A stretch of 64,000 nucleotides of DNA from Catajapyx aquilonaris. Taxonomy: Eukaryota. The stretch is from contig KZ538118.1 in assembly GCA_000934665.2 (NCBI GenBank), positions 1-64,000 on the forward strand, read 5' to 3'. Below the pieces are notes generated by a model. It made no database searches and had not been told where the DNA came from. It saw nothing but the letters and a program-made list of their open reading frames with translations. The position numbers were made by a program, and so were the translations under genes. Numbering within the stretch: position 1 is the stretch's first letter; every line of letters begins with the position of its first letter. Of the stretch, positions 9,868 through 21,520 are shown piece by piece.

Positions 9868-11859
9868 ATGTGGCTCTCTTCATTTGCCATGTCAATCCTA
9901 CTCAGTTTATCCAGTGCCGACCGACCAAAAGTGTCACCTGACCTCGACCATGACACCGACCTTGTGCTGTCACTGGTCAACGACATCCACCAAAACCTGC
10001 TCCAAAAATCGGATGTCCAACTGGCCTTCTCACTGGACCACTTTCCTTCCGGCAGCATAAGCCGACTGGTGTCCAACAATCAGGTGGACAACAAGTTCGC
10101 CACAATCTGGTGGTCAACAGAAGTATCCAACGAGACCACATCAGGTACGGGCCTGACTATGGAGTGCGCCTGGAGTAGGCTGTTCGTGGTGTCCTCCAGT
10201 CCGGACAAGGCCAACTTGCTGACCTCCAGCAGGATGACCACAATGTGGTCTCAGCCGCTGCATGACCACCTGATCCTTTGGCTGACCAATGTGACCGACA
10301 CTGAAGAGATCAAGCAAACGATGGTGCAATACCCGATTGCTGACTTTGGATTCAAAGTGGCGACGGTGGTACAGGGTGATTCATTGCTTCTGTATTCACT
10401 CTGCTTCTATTGCGATAAAGGCTCTCCTACTCTTGAGTTCCTCGGGACGTACCGCAAAGGGCAAGGTATCGACACCCTGCCTTTGTTCTTGAAATACGGA
10501 GAGAATTTCCACTGGAGCCAGTTTCGCATTCCGTTCATTGACACTTACGACATGAAAGACGTGGAAGAAAAGCTGAAGGACCTGATCATATACAGCGCTG
10601 AGGCAACTGCTGCTTTGATCCTTACTGAAATGCTGAATGCTTCTCTAGAGATCTACAACTTGGAAAGTGCAGGGTCAGAGATATTAGAAGGCCAGCTGCC
10701 AAACGGGACGTGGCTTGGATCCATCGGAGACTGCGTTTACAAACGCGCTCAATTGGCAGTGTTTCCATTCCCGCCTGGAGAAATCATTCGTGATGCAGAG
10801 TATGGACTCCCATTCCATTTTGATCGGGTCACGTTCATAGTGCTGAGGCCTGAGCCAATCTACAGCTGGATGATCATAATCAAGGCCTTCTCGGGTTTCT
10901 TGTGGTTTGTCATATTCATCTGTGCAGTGACCTGCGGGGTCATCATGTGGTTGGTGGCTGTCTCTAGAGCCAAAGTGGACACTTTGCTGTCAGGAACTAA
11001 AGTCAAGCCGAAAGGTATGTCCACCTTCATGGCCTTCACCTTCTCGACTTTGATCGACCAAGATGTCCAGATGCCCTCGTTCGTCCAAATCCGAATGATG
11101 GTGTTCGTCTGGATGATATTCGTCATGCTGATCATCACCTGCTACGAGAGCCGCCTCTTTGCCCTGATCGCCATACCGGCCATGACCACTCCTCCTGCCA
11201 ACTTCCGTGAGCTGCTCGACCCTTCATTTAGGTACGACTCGTACATGCCGTACACCCAGCTGCTGCTATTCACAGCCATGGTGGAGCGACAGGGAGAAGG
11301 AATCAACAGCGCCATCAAAGACGCGGTCAATGGAGGTGTCCAGTCCGCTCCTGGCCTCCCCAAATGCCTGGAGAAGGCGACTGAGCGACGCCAAGCTTGC
11401 GTGACCATATCGTACTACGCCGCGACTTACGGACAAGTGCACATGGACGCGAAGGGGGAACGTCTGATATACCAGCCGCCTGAAGCGAAGACGTTCTTCT
11501 TCTACGTGTTTGCGATCATGCCTAAGAACTCACCGCACGCTCCTTTTGTCAATTTTTTTGTCCGCCAGGTGATAGCAAGTGGGATTGATCTGTTCTATCG
11601 GGACAGGGTGGCCCACTACTGTTTCACCCGGGGTCTGACGGTGGCCAGAGAGAAGGCCATGGCCAAGAGGCTGGCCGGCGAAGAGGAGGAGATCGATGGG
11701 GCCAAGGTGCTGGACCTGGAGGTGCTGCAAGGACCCTTCCTGCTGCTCTCCTTCGGTCTGATCACTGCCCTCGGAGCCTTCGGGGCGGAGATGTGTTGCT
11801 GGCATTCCGCTGGAATCAAGCGGCGCTGGAAGGAAAGGACTGTGGATAAAATAATATAG
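9868..11859 (+). CDS. Intronless divergent ionotropic receptor, copy 2, 663 aa
   Basis: Near-identical paralog of 5637-7637 with the same motifs and an intact ORF. It has a one-codon insertion (NETTSGTG) and a slightly shorter C-terminus. Confidence 0.88.
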   Translation: MWLSSFAMSILLSLSSADRPKVSPDLDHDTDLVLSLVNDIHQNLLQKSDVQLAFSLDHFPSGSISRLVSNNQVDNKFATIWWSTEVSNETTSGTGLTMECAWSRLFVVSSSPDKANLLTSSRMTTMWSQPLHDHLILWLTNVTDTEEIKQTMVQYPIADFGFKVATVVQGDSLLLYSLCFYCDKGSPTLEFLGTYRKGQGIDTLPLFLKYGENFHWSQFRIPFIDTYDMKDVEEKLKDLIIYSAEATAALILTEMLNASLEIYNLESAGSEILEGQLPNGTWLGSIGDCVYKRAQLAVFPFPPGEIIRDAEYGLPFHFDRVTFIVLRPEPIYSWMIIIKAFSGFLWFVIFICAVTCGVIMWLVAVSRAKVDTLLSGTKVKPKGMSTFMAFTFSTLIDQDVQMPSFVQIRMMVFVWMIFVMLIITCYESRLFALIAIPAMTTPPANFRELLDPSFRYDSYMPYTQLLLFTAMVERQGEGINSAIKDAVNGGVQSAPGLPKCLEKATERRQACVTISYYAATYGQVHMDAKGERLIYQPPEAKTFFFYVFAIMPKNSPHAPFVNFFVRQVIASGIDLFYRDRVAHYCFTRGLTVAREKAMAKRLAGEEEEIDGAKVLDLEVLQGPFLLLSFGLITALGAFGAEMCCWHSAGIKRRWKERTVDKII

Positions 11860-12452
11860 ACATTAGCAACTAGGGCTGTTACGGAGATGCACGTGGATAA
11901 GTTCCAGAATGATGTGCAAAGCGAGTGGCAGAGTTTGTCTAATGGGCACTCAAACATTATTCATTTTTGGGCTATGCTTTCATATCGGGAAACCCTTCAC
12001 TTCTACCTACTTCCCTAAGCGTGTATCCGCTGAAGGATAGGCGTGTATCCCGGTGTATCCCCTGAAAGATAGATGTGTATCCGCCAGGAAGGAAGGTTAT
12101 TAGGCCATGGCTGGTCATGGGGTATAGGTTGGTACAGTATCGCATGCCCCTACCCCTGCCACATTCGGTCTCCCGATATGAAAGTCTTTCCCATTATTGT
12201 TGTGTGCATATACTGTAGTTGGGTTTTCGACATTTCGCATTTTAGATTTATATGAGGTCATCTATTACCATTTTAGTTCAGACTCACTTTGTATTGTAAC
12301 TGTCCATCTTTGTCGGTGTTTTCTGTGCTCTTGTTGTTGTGAACTCGACAGCCTTCGTGTCTCATTAATACGCTGGTACAGTGGTACTGGTATACACTTT
12401 TGCACATTCGTATTGTATGTATCCGTGATTTTATTAGATACAGCATGTCCAG

Positions 12453-14047
12453 TAGGGTGGAGCGAAACAAACGAAAGTTGTCCGATTAAATCGCACGGGG
12501 TGTCAAAAGTTGTGTATGGACAAGTGACTGGTGATTTTTTTTAGAATTTTCGTACTTCATCTTTATTTGTCCACAGAGCCTTCAAGTTTCGCAATTTTTG
12601 CGAGAACAACACATATTGCATTATGGAACACGATTTTTGCAGGATTTTTGTCCATGGAAATTCATCGCTATTTCCATGTTGGTTAGGTCACTGGTAACTC
12701 ACAATTGACCATTCATTTTGTCTGGTATATGTTTTTGACCTTGGGACAGTTGCAGTCACAAAACCAAATTCCTCGAAATAGTGCATACGGGTCATTCCAA
12801 ATCTAGTAAGCCGAAATATTGCTAGACCATCTTGGAATTTGCTGAAAAATATCACAGCTGTACATGACTATGCCATAGCACGTCATGTCAAGTTTCAGCC
12901 AAATTACGCAATACCATTAGGAGGAAAGAAATCGCGAAATGTAGGAAAATAGTGAAAATCAGGCCCTTTCGGATAATTTGTTCGGTTCGTGGAAGTGGTC
13001 AAACCCCAATAAGCAATACATCAAATGAAATAGGATCACGAAGGGAATGCGTCTATAAATTAGTTTTCCTCTAAAGTGTAACCAGAAAAATGTGCGTGGC
13101 ATTCCATCGGTCACGTGCTCGGTCACATGTCCAAGAATTTTGAAATTTTCTGGTTGCACTTTAGAGGAAAACTAATTGCATAGACACATTCCCTTCGTGA
13201 TCCTCTTTCATTTGATGTATTGCTTATTGGGGTTTGACCACTTCCACAAACCGAAAAAACTATCCGAAAGGGCCTGATTTTCACAATTTTTGTGATGAGG
13301 TGGCCAAAATAACGTTCCACAACGATGTCAATGTGGTAATAATATATTGTCCGTAATATCAATCACCGTGTGAACGGTCAGGTCAAATACCCAAAATACA
13401 GCGGCAGGCACGAGCGGGAGTACAACCGCTCTCCAAGGTGGTTTGTTTCTCTCTGTCTACAAGCACGCACCGTAGTGGCCAACATATCTCTTATCAACCC
13501 ACAACAAATGGGGGTGTAACAAAAGTCAAACGGGAATCCCATTACAATTTTCCCAAATTTCGCGATTTCTTTCCTCCTAATGGTATTGCGTAATTTGGCT
13601 GAAACTTGACATGACGTGTTATGGCATAGTCATGTACAGCTGTGATATATTTAAGCGAATTCCGAGATGGTCTAGCAATATTTCGGCTTACTAGATTTGG
13701 AATGACCCGTATGCACTATTTCGAGGAATTTGGTTTTTTGACTGCAACTGTCCCAAGGTCAAAAACATATACCAGACAAAATGAATGGTCAATTATGAGT
13801 TACCAGTGACCTAACCAACATGGAAATAGCGATGAATTTCCATGGACAAAAATCGTGTTGCATAATGTAATATTATTTTGTGTTGTTCTCGCAAAAATTG
13901 CGAAACTTGAAAGCTCCGTCGACAAAATAATGAAGATGAAGTACGAAAATTCTTTAAAAAATCACCAGTGTTATACTTGTCCATACACAACATTTGACAC
14001 CCAGTGCGATTTAATCGGACAACTTTCGTTTTTTTCGCTCCATCCTA
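12453..14047. mobile_element. Non-autonomous hAT-like DNA transposon with ~490-bp inverted arms and an internal palindrome
   Basis: Starts tagggtggagcgaaa and ends tttcgctccatccta. 8-bp TSD atgtccag at 12445-12452 and 14048-14055. Arms ~12453-12940 / ~13557-14047. Second inverted pair ~12952-13089 / ~13146-13283. Confidence 0.88.
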
Positions 14048-14752
14048 ATGTCCAGTGCACTGTTCAGGTAGAATTCAGATAGCGTGCAATTCGTGTTTTA
14101 TTAAATGAAGAAAACAGTCGCAGTATAGAATTGCATCCATTCTTGTTGAATACCTCCACTCACCCAGCCATCCATCCATTGTTGAATTATGTAAGCTCAC
14201 GAATGTTAAAATACTATCGTTCTGTACCCATTCTTTATTGTACAGTGTGCAATAACATACATAATAATCAAATGGAATGTTATAACATTGCGCACAAGTA
14301 CTGCACTTAATGTTCATGTCAACAACCTTACCGTTTCTTGCAATAAATTCTGGCCTTGTCAGAATGTCTTGTTCACTCGAACAATGCAGTTCCAAATGAT
14401 CGACCTTATTGTGGTACTGTACTGTACATCTTTAATGCGTAATTATGCATTAAAAGAAATTATTCAAGCTTTTCCGTATTAATATTATACCCAACGACAG
14501 CTTCTTTTTGCAGAGTTAGAATTTTAACCTGGAGATGCATCGGTATACAAAACGAGTCCTGAGAGATAAGTAGCCTAGAATAATTACGATCTGCTCTATA
14601 CATGGAAGTTGTACTCACATTAGACCTTCCTTATGCCATTTATTATTGCTTGGGATCTTCCAACAGACCAAAGCTCTCAAACCTCGAATATAATATCGTA
14701 TAAGTTTCTAAAGCCGGCTACCTATCTGTAGTTGCATTAATAAGTTAACAGT

Positions 14753-16714
14753 CTACTGCACTAGGTAAGATTGAAAATCCACAGGGCGTATCTTCATCTC
14801 TGCTTTCTTCAAGGAATAGTAGTGTCCACGCCAAGCATGCCAATTAACACCATTTGCATGTGTCGAGTGGTTGCCTCGCAGGTACTTCCCATTTAAGTTA
14901 GACTGGAAGAGAAAAGTTAATTAATACGTAGGCATATTCTATTCGTAAATCGTATTTTAGCCAGCTTGTGACATATTCATATTTAAAAAATGAATAATTG
15001 CATTTATTATTTTAATACTGTACTTACAGAATGACAAGCCCCGTACCACCAGGCGCCTACAAATTGCGCAGCACAATTCAAGGTAGCATGAGAGTCATGG
15101 TCTCTGTCCCAAGTGCTGAAGGGAAGTCCATTGTGACCCGTCAGTGAATCGCCTGTGAAATGAGGTCATTATTGTAATAATGGCTAATTGCCCCCAACAA
15201 TAATCTTCGTGTCTATTGCCTGGATTCAGCATTGCGAAGCAAAAGAAAGTGTCCCAATTTTTTTTGTGTGAAATTTTGTGAAAAATAATTGTGACAAAAT
15301 GCTACCTGCATCGCCAGAGAAACCTCCCGCCAGCAGCTTGTAGTTGGACGATTCAGAAGCAACATGGAAATTCCTGTATTTAGCGAATCGCTTGCCATTT
15401 TCAAAGTCCTCCATCTCAATTCTCAGCGAACAAGGAACAGATGACGTCAACCGATGTATGTTATCCAGCCCTACATGACAGCAGCGATGTAAAGGAGGAT
15501 TATTACAATTGCAATGAGTCAATAGTTAATGTCGTCATACCCAACCAAAATTCTTTGTTGAGGTCTCCGAATCCAAGTTTGTAGGACATCCAGTTTTGGT
15601 AGAAGTCTGTGGGAGGTGGGTGATCGTCTCGCCTCTGGATCACTGTCCAACCACCTCCATCAGTTGTTAGGTCGCAGTACACCTGTGATTTTTTTTAAAG
15701 AAAATGAAGGACAAGGTATTAGCTCTCGGTGATGTCATACTCGTAGTAATATTCTGACGGTATGCAACAATCAGCACTCTAAAGAAGTGGAGGTTATGAG
15801 ACACAAAAACAATTCACCTTGCTAGGGTGCTGATGTTTGTGTGGATACATGTGTCTGAAACATTTCCTGACATGCCGGTACTGTACTAATCCCTTTTCAT
15901 AAGGTATGTGTGTAAACCTACCTCGATTTCTTTGGAAAACATCTGCAGAGTGTAAATTCCGTTGGTTCGGTGCCCTGCCAACTGTACTTCAGCACAATTA
16001 CTAGGTGTTATATGCCTCTTCAACCTAGCTGCAATGAAAAGTAATGCCATTCAACAATTTTTGTATAATTCAGTAACACCGGCGGATACCACGATGGCAA
16101 CGAAAAGAAACAACAACATGGCAACCACTTCTTTTAAAGGTAAAACTCACCTTTTAAATCAACTTTAAGTAAAAACACAAATGATATCGATGACTTACCC
16201 GAGTGAGCCTGCTGATTTCTCACGACCTGAAAACAATCAAAGAGTAATAAGCAGAGCATTTCTATCACCAGCGATTTCTTTTATCCAAACAAATTCAAAG
16301 CTTGATTTGCAGAATGATCAGAGTCACATTTAGGTAAAGTCATGTTAGGAAATAGGTGCTGCAGTTCTTGATGCCTACTTTCTGATGCTCGAACAAGTAT
16401 CGTCTGATAGGCCTCCTCTTTTTTTCAAACTTCAAACGCGCATATTTTGAAACAGTTTAAATGTGGTTCTGATCCTTCAACAGTTCAGCTTTTCATCGTT
16501 GTGAAGTGTGGGAATGAAAATGATCATTCATCAAACGACAAAGACGGACATTTCATACCTCATAAAAATGTAATGCACTGTATGAACTTACCTCTTTCAA
16601 ACTGGGTCCATGATTATTTTGTTCAACTGCATTATTGGCACTACATGACACTTCATTGAGATGAACAAGAGATAAAGCAGTGAGGACGGCACCTAATCTG
16701 CAACAATGTTTCAT
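14753..16714 (-). CDS. Secreted fibrinogen-related domain protein (FReD), copy B, 7 exons, ~279 aa
   Basis: Coding exons (minus strand): 16714-16592, 16226-16199, 16028-15922, 15682-15541, 15470-15306, 15152-15028, 14902-14753. The total is 840 nt, and exons 3-6 have the same sizes as in copy A (107/142/165/125). Motifs: [74 protein letters not shown]. Confidence 0.92.
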
Positions 16715-18412
16715 TATCACTTTTTGACCAGCTCAATATGATCAGGACTTTCAAGCACGAAACCAGTACAGTGCCAAGATAATAATGTGCACTTGCAAGT
16801 GTGTCCCATTACCCTGTATTTATAGAGTGCGACTGCATATTATATAGACCAGCATTCGCGAAATATCCATTTCCATTTCTGGCTTACATCATTGGAAGGG
16901 GCGTTAGAAGTAGGCCTATTACAGGATTATTTTTCTTGGTAATATTAGCCACAATATCACCTGTGATGGCCTCCATGATTTGATCCAACTGTTGCCCAAC
17001 CTAAAGTCGGCTAAGCGGGTTAATTGTAGTAGTAGTTTTCACAGGAGCCTGAGGCCTTATCCTGATGTGCCCTTGCCTGCATGTAATGTAATTCCCCATG
17101 TGCCAGTTTTACTGCGGGCAATTGGTAAGACCCATGCATCTTGCCGGATCTTGCAACTTGAATAAAAGGATGGAAAATAAACTGAGCAAATATTCTACGT
17201 GACAATGCATTTGAAACAGTTTTCATAGCTCCAATCTGTTAAGCTGCAATAAGCGAGTAAGCATCCCTCATCTGCTGGTGAAGAATACTTCCTCTTACTA
17301 ATCTCTCTTTATTCCAGCCACTCCAAGGATACTTGTTGCCACTAGTTATACGAGCACATGTCGCACACTGCAGCCAGAAAAGGTCCCTCATCTGGCGGTG
17401 CAAAGAATATTGGAATGCATCTGTGAAAATTTCAGTCAATTCCTAATAATTAAACCCTGGAATAAATATATACATTATGCCATAAATTGAAATATTAAGG
17501 TGTAGTGAAACTCATTGTTAAAAATTCAAGGTGTGTACGACAATACTAAAACGATGAAGATGAATAATTATTTTATTGTCATATGATTGTTACATGTGTT
17601 CAATTGTGAAGAGCATGTGAAGCATGTTAAGAGCAGGCAGAGCATAACAATCCGAGGGAGGCAGCATTGGCATTGAGAGGAGCCCAGGAGAGGTGACGGA
17701 TGCTGCTGTGGGAATACATGGAGGGAAGATGTAACGTCAACCTCAGGGAAGTCATCACATGCGTCTCGGCATTGGCGGTTAGGACTTTTGGCGGGAAGGG
17801 AAAGTGGCGGTATTGGCTCATGGCGGGAAGGACTTTCGGCGGTAAAGGAAGTTGGCGCTCAGGAGCAGTGGCGTCGCTAGTGTTGTTGTCACCCGGTGCG
17901 GCAACTCGTGGTGTCACCCGTCCCCCTCCACCCCCCTGTCCCAAGGGCCAGGACCCTCTCCCGTGCCCGACCGTACAGAATACTTGTTTTTTTTTTTAGT
18001 ACTAATGAAGCTCTCATGTATGTCATTGATTGCCATGTGAATAGTTGTCATGAAAAGAACAAAATTTAAGGGTCTACGAGGTGTGATTGAAAAGGTCCCG
18101 GACTGTGTTCATGAAAACATTAACATTTGCCAACTTCAAAGCAGCAAGTAGTCACCTTGGACAGGTATACAACAATTCCAGCGAATTTCCCATTTTTGGA
18201 AGCACCAAAAAAATTGGCCAACAGTAATAATAATTAATAATAATTCATACCCCGTTATCAACCGGCGGCTCTTTAGGGGGGAAATTTTTGTTTTGACTGG
18301 AACTCTTTGCTTTCATTTTATTTGCTTTTTGGGATAGGATATAGGGACGGAAGGAAGCTGCTGTGGCCTGTTTTTCATACCACGTGAATTTTTATACCAC
18401 AATTTTTTTTAA

Positions 18413-18530
18413 CCCTGTAATGCCCCTTGGGTCATACCTGGCACACCATTTAGTGCAATTTTTATATTTCCTGTAAGTGCCAAATGTCACTAAATGGTGT
18501 GCCAGATATGACCCTAGGGGCATTACAGGG
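18413..18530. mobile_element. Small palindromic MITE, piggyBac-like end
   Basis: ttaa-ccctgtaatgcccc...cacaccatttagtg is inverted against cactaaatggtgtg...ggggcattacaggg. TTAA is present only on the left side. Confidence 0.6.
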
Positions 18531-18603
18531 ATATATCACATGAAAAGAAATCATAACAGGGTTTTTTTTTTGTTTTTGGCACACGAATATTTTTTAAGAA
18601 TAT

Positions 18604-21016
18604 ACTGAAACACAAATTATCACATTCTTTTACTTATTAGCACACTAATAAGGCTAAAAAATGTAGCCTAAATCAAATATTTTATTGTGATTGTTGAATT
18701 TTGTGGCGCCCTTTCTTTACAATAAGTACATGCTGGAGAGAGTGTCAGTATCGAAGTAGCGCAGTGGTCTAGTGGTTAAGACTCTCTCTTCGTAACCTGA
18801 AGATTGAAGGATCGTATCCTGAAAGGAAGACGTCGTTTCTTTTTATCGCTGTGGACCTTTCTCTCTGTTACTTCATCTCTCATTTCACATTTATTTCTCT
18901 TTGATTGAAGTGCATCTGGTAAATAGGCTAGACCCTTCCAACACTCACACTCTCGTTGCACCGGAGCGTGGCTCTGTGGTAACGCATCAGACTCGCAATC
19001 GGGAGATGTGGTTTCAAATCCCGAATCTCCACGGTTGATGAGTCAGAAAATTTTTTTTGCAGCCGACATCTCTGGCAAAGATGGCGACTGTTCCTTCGCA
19101 GTTTCCCAAACACTTCTTCAGGAGTGTCAGAGGAGCAGCGAAGAGGGGGGGGGAGGGGTGGAGAGGGGGAGGAAGAGGAGGGAGGGGAGAAAAATATTTT
19201 GGAAATTTTTAAGACACCTGCTTAATGGGAGGGGGCGGTCACTTTTTTCGAAGAAAAAAGTCAAAGAATTAAAAAGTCAATTAAATGATAAAGTGGCTTC
19301 GCTTGTGTTGCCCATCCCGGCAGCCCCCACCCTACATTTGTCTTATACCAGGGAGTTCCATTCTCAAACCTATCACCCCTCCAAATATTTAAGTCTACAA
19401 TTTAAACTATAGGTCCAATAAAATCACAAGCAAATGCAAATGAATCGGCACACTTTTTAGGGCATTTCCAATGGTTTGTTGCAGCCTGACCTTTGACCTG
19501 AAAGGCCCTAATATTAGGTTTTTGGTCAGTGGCCAGGCCCTACCTCGGTCTCCATCTGTCGGAGATTTCGTAATGAGACTGTACAGAGCACAGTACTTAG
19601 ATATACAGTATATCTCTCGATGTGAGGTAGCCTAGTATGCGCCCCTAGCCAAACGTAGTGGCAGGTATCATTATCTATGAATGTGACATAGGCGAGTGGT
19701 CACCTCCTTGGGGTCATCAGGACGGACATGCGGCATCACTGTTTCGTGGCATTGCTCTATGGATTATTAAAATAATAAATTCCAACCCGCTTCTGCTGTG
19801 CGTGGAGATGCGCATAATTATCGTCGACGCGGTTTTAGATAGGCAAATTTTGGTGTAGCCTTGGTCGCCTTCATGTCTCATTGACCTTACATATTCCCCC
19901 CTTTCCACCCCCGCCCCGCTACCCACAAGGACAGGCGGACTGCTACATTTGGCTAGCAGACTAGGGGCATTACTACCTCACATCGAGAGATATACTGTAT
20001 ATCTAAGTACTGTGCTCTGTACAGTCTCATTACGAAATCTCCGACAGATGGAGACCGAGGTAGGGCCTGGCCACTGACCAAAAACCTAATATTAGGGCCT
20101 TTCAGGTCAAAGGTCAGGCTGCAACAAACCATTGGAAATTCCCTAAAAAGTGTGCCGATTCATTTGCATGTGCTTGTGATTTTATTGGACCTATAGTTTA
20201 AATTGTAGACTTAAATATTTGGAGGGGTGATAGGTTTGAGAATGGAACTCCCTGGTATAAGACAAATGTAGGGACTATGGGGTGTGTAGGGTGGGGGCTG
20301 CCGGGATGGGCAACACAAGCGAAGCCACTTTATCATTTAATTGACTTTTTAATTCTTTGACTTTTTTCTTCGAAAAAAGTGACCGCCCCCTCCCATTAAG
20401 CAGGTGTCTTAAAAATTTCCAAAATATTTTTCTCCCCTCCCTCCTCTTCCTCCCCCTCTCCACCCCTCCCCCCCCCTCTTCGCTGCTCCTCTGACACTCC
20501 TGAAGAAGTGTTTGGGAAACTGCGAAGGAACAGTCGCCATCTTTGCCAGAGATGTCGGCTGCAAAAAAATTTTTCTGACTCTTCAACCGTGGAGATTCGG
20601 GATTTGAAACCACATCTCCCGATTGCGAGTCTGATGCGTTACCACAGAGCCACGCTCTGGTGCAACGAGAGTGTGAGTGTTGGAAGGGTCTAGCCTATTT
20701 ACCAGATGCACTTCAATCAAAGAGAAATAAATGTGAAATGAGAGATGAAGTAACAGAGAGAAAGGTCCACAGCGATAAAAAGAAACGACGTCTTCCTTTC
20801 AGGATTCGATCCTTCAACCTTCAGGTTACGAAGAGAGAGTCTTAACCACTAGATCACTGCGCTACTTCGATACTGACACTCTCTCCAGCACGTACTTATT
20901 GTAAAGAAAGGGCGCCACAAAATTCAACAATCACCATAAAATATTTGATTTAGGCTACATTTTTTAGCCTTATGAGTGTGCTAATAAGTAAAAGAATGTG
21001 ATAATTTGTGTTTCAG
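18604..21016. mobile_element. Foldback-like element: ~1.05 kb near-identical inverted arms with a ~290-bp spacer
   Basis: ~18604-19657 is the reverse complement of ~19943-21016. The mirrored ORFs in the track (18776..18961 vs 20660..20845; 19008..19412 vs 20275..20613) confirm this. No TSD or transposase identified; boundaries are approximate. Confidence 0.8.
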
Positions 21017-21451
21017 TTATATCAAGTAAAAAAGGCATATTCATTATGTATATGTATGTATATGTATGTGTTATCAGAAACCATTATTTTCGCGGCTTTT
21101 CCAGTTTTCCCCGCCACTTCTTCCACCCTTTTCTCCCTGTCTCACAGTCTGACATCTTTTCTCCAACTGAACCTGCGTTACTGAACTAGTCAGGGTGTGA
21201 CCCGAGGTCATGGGTCACACAATGTATTGTACTGTATAAAGCATATACTGTATACGATATACCTACCAGCTGTGTCCTTCTTTCTGAAGATTTGGAAATG
21301 GCCACCCTATACCTGCTACAGAAGGCCTAAAAAAGGGACATGTCCACTAAAAGAAAATAATAGATTCCCACACATGAAGAACATCGACTCTCACACTCTT
21401 CAAAAACAAACAAAAAATGATAAGGAACTGCGTATGTTCCCAAATTATTCT

Positions 21452-21520
21452 GTCTGCAGTACGCCACCCCCATCATCACAGGATAACATCATGTGATGAT
21501 GGGGGTGGCGTACTGCAGAC
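21452..21520. repeat. Perfect 29-bp inverted repeat with an 11-nt loop
   Basis: gtctgcagtacgccacccccatcatcaca / tgtgatgatgggggtggcgtactgcagac. Confidence 0.9.

Larger units (their letters stand above)
8545..12250 (+). repeat. Tandem segmental duplicate of 1523-7952 with an internal ~3.2 kb deletion
   Basis: 8545-8831 matches 1523-1830, and 8829-12250 matches 5023-7952 (upstream region, IR CDS and 3' flank ending gacatttcgcattttagattt). Confidence 0.9.

Noticed and set aside
5573..11957. Duplicated short antisense and alternative-frame ORFs over the IR genes
   Set aside because: They are shadows of GC-rich coding sequence, repeated only because the IR is duplicated.
18776..20845. Identical ORF pairs on opposite strands (e.g. 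MQRECECW..., MVSNPESP...)
   Set aside because: They are a by-product of the inverted repeat and show no recognisable domains.
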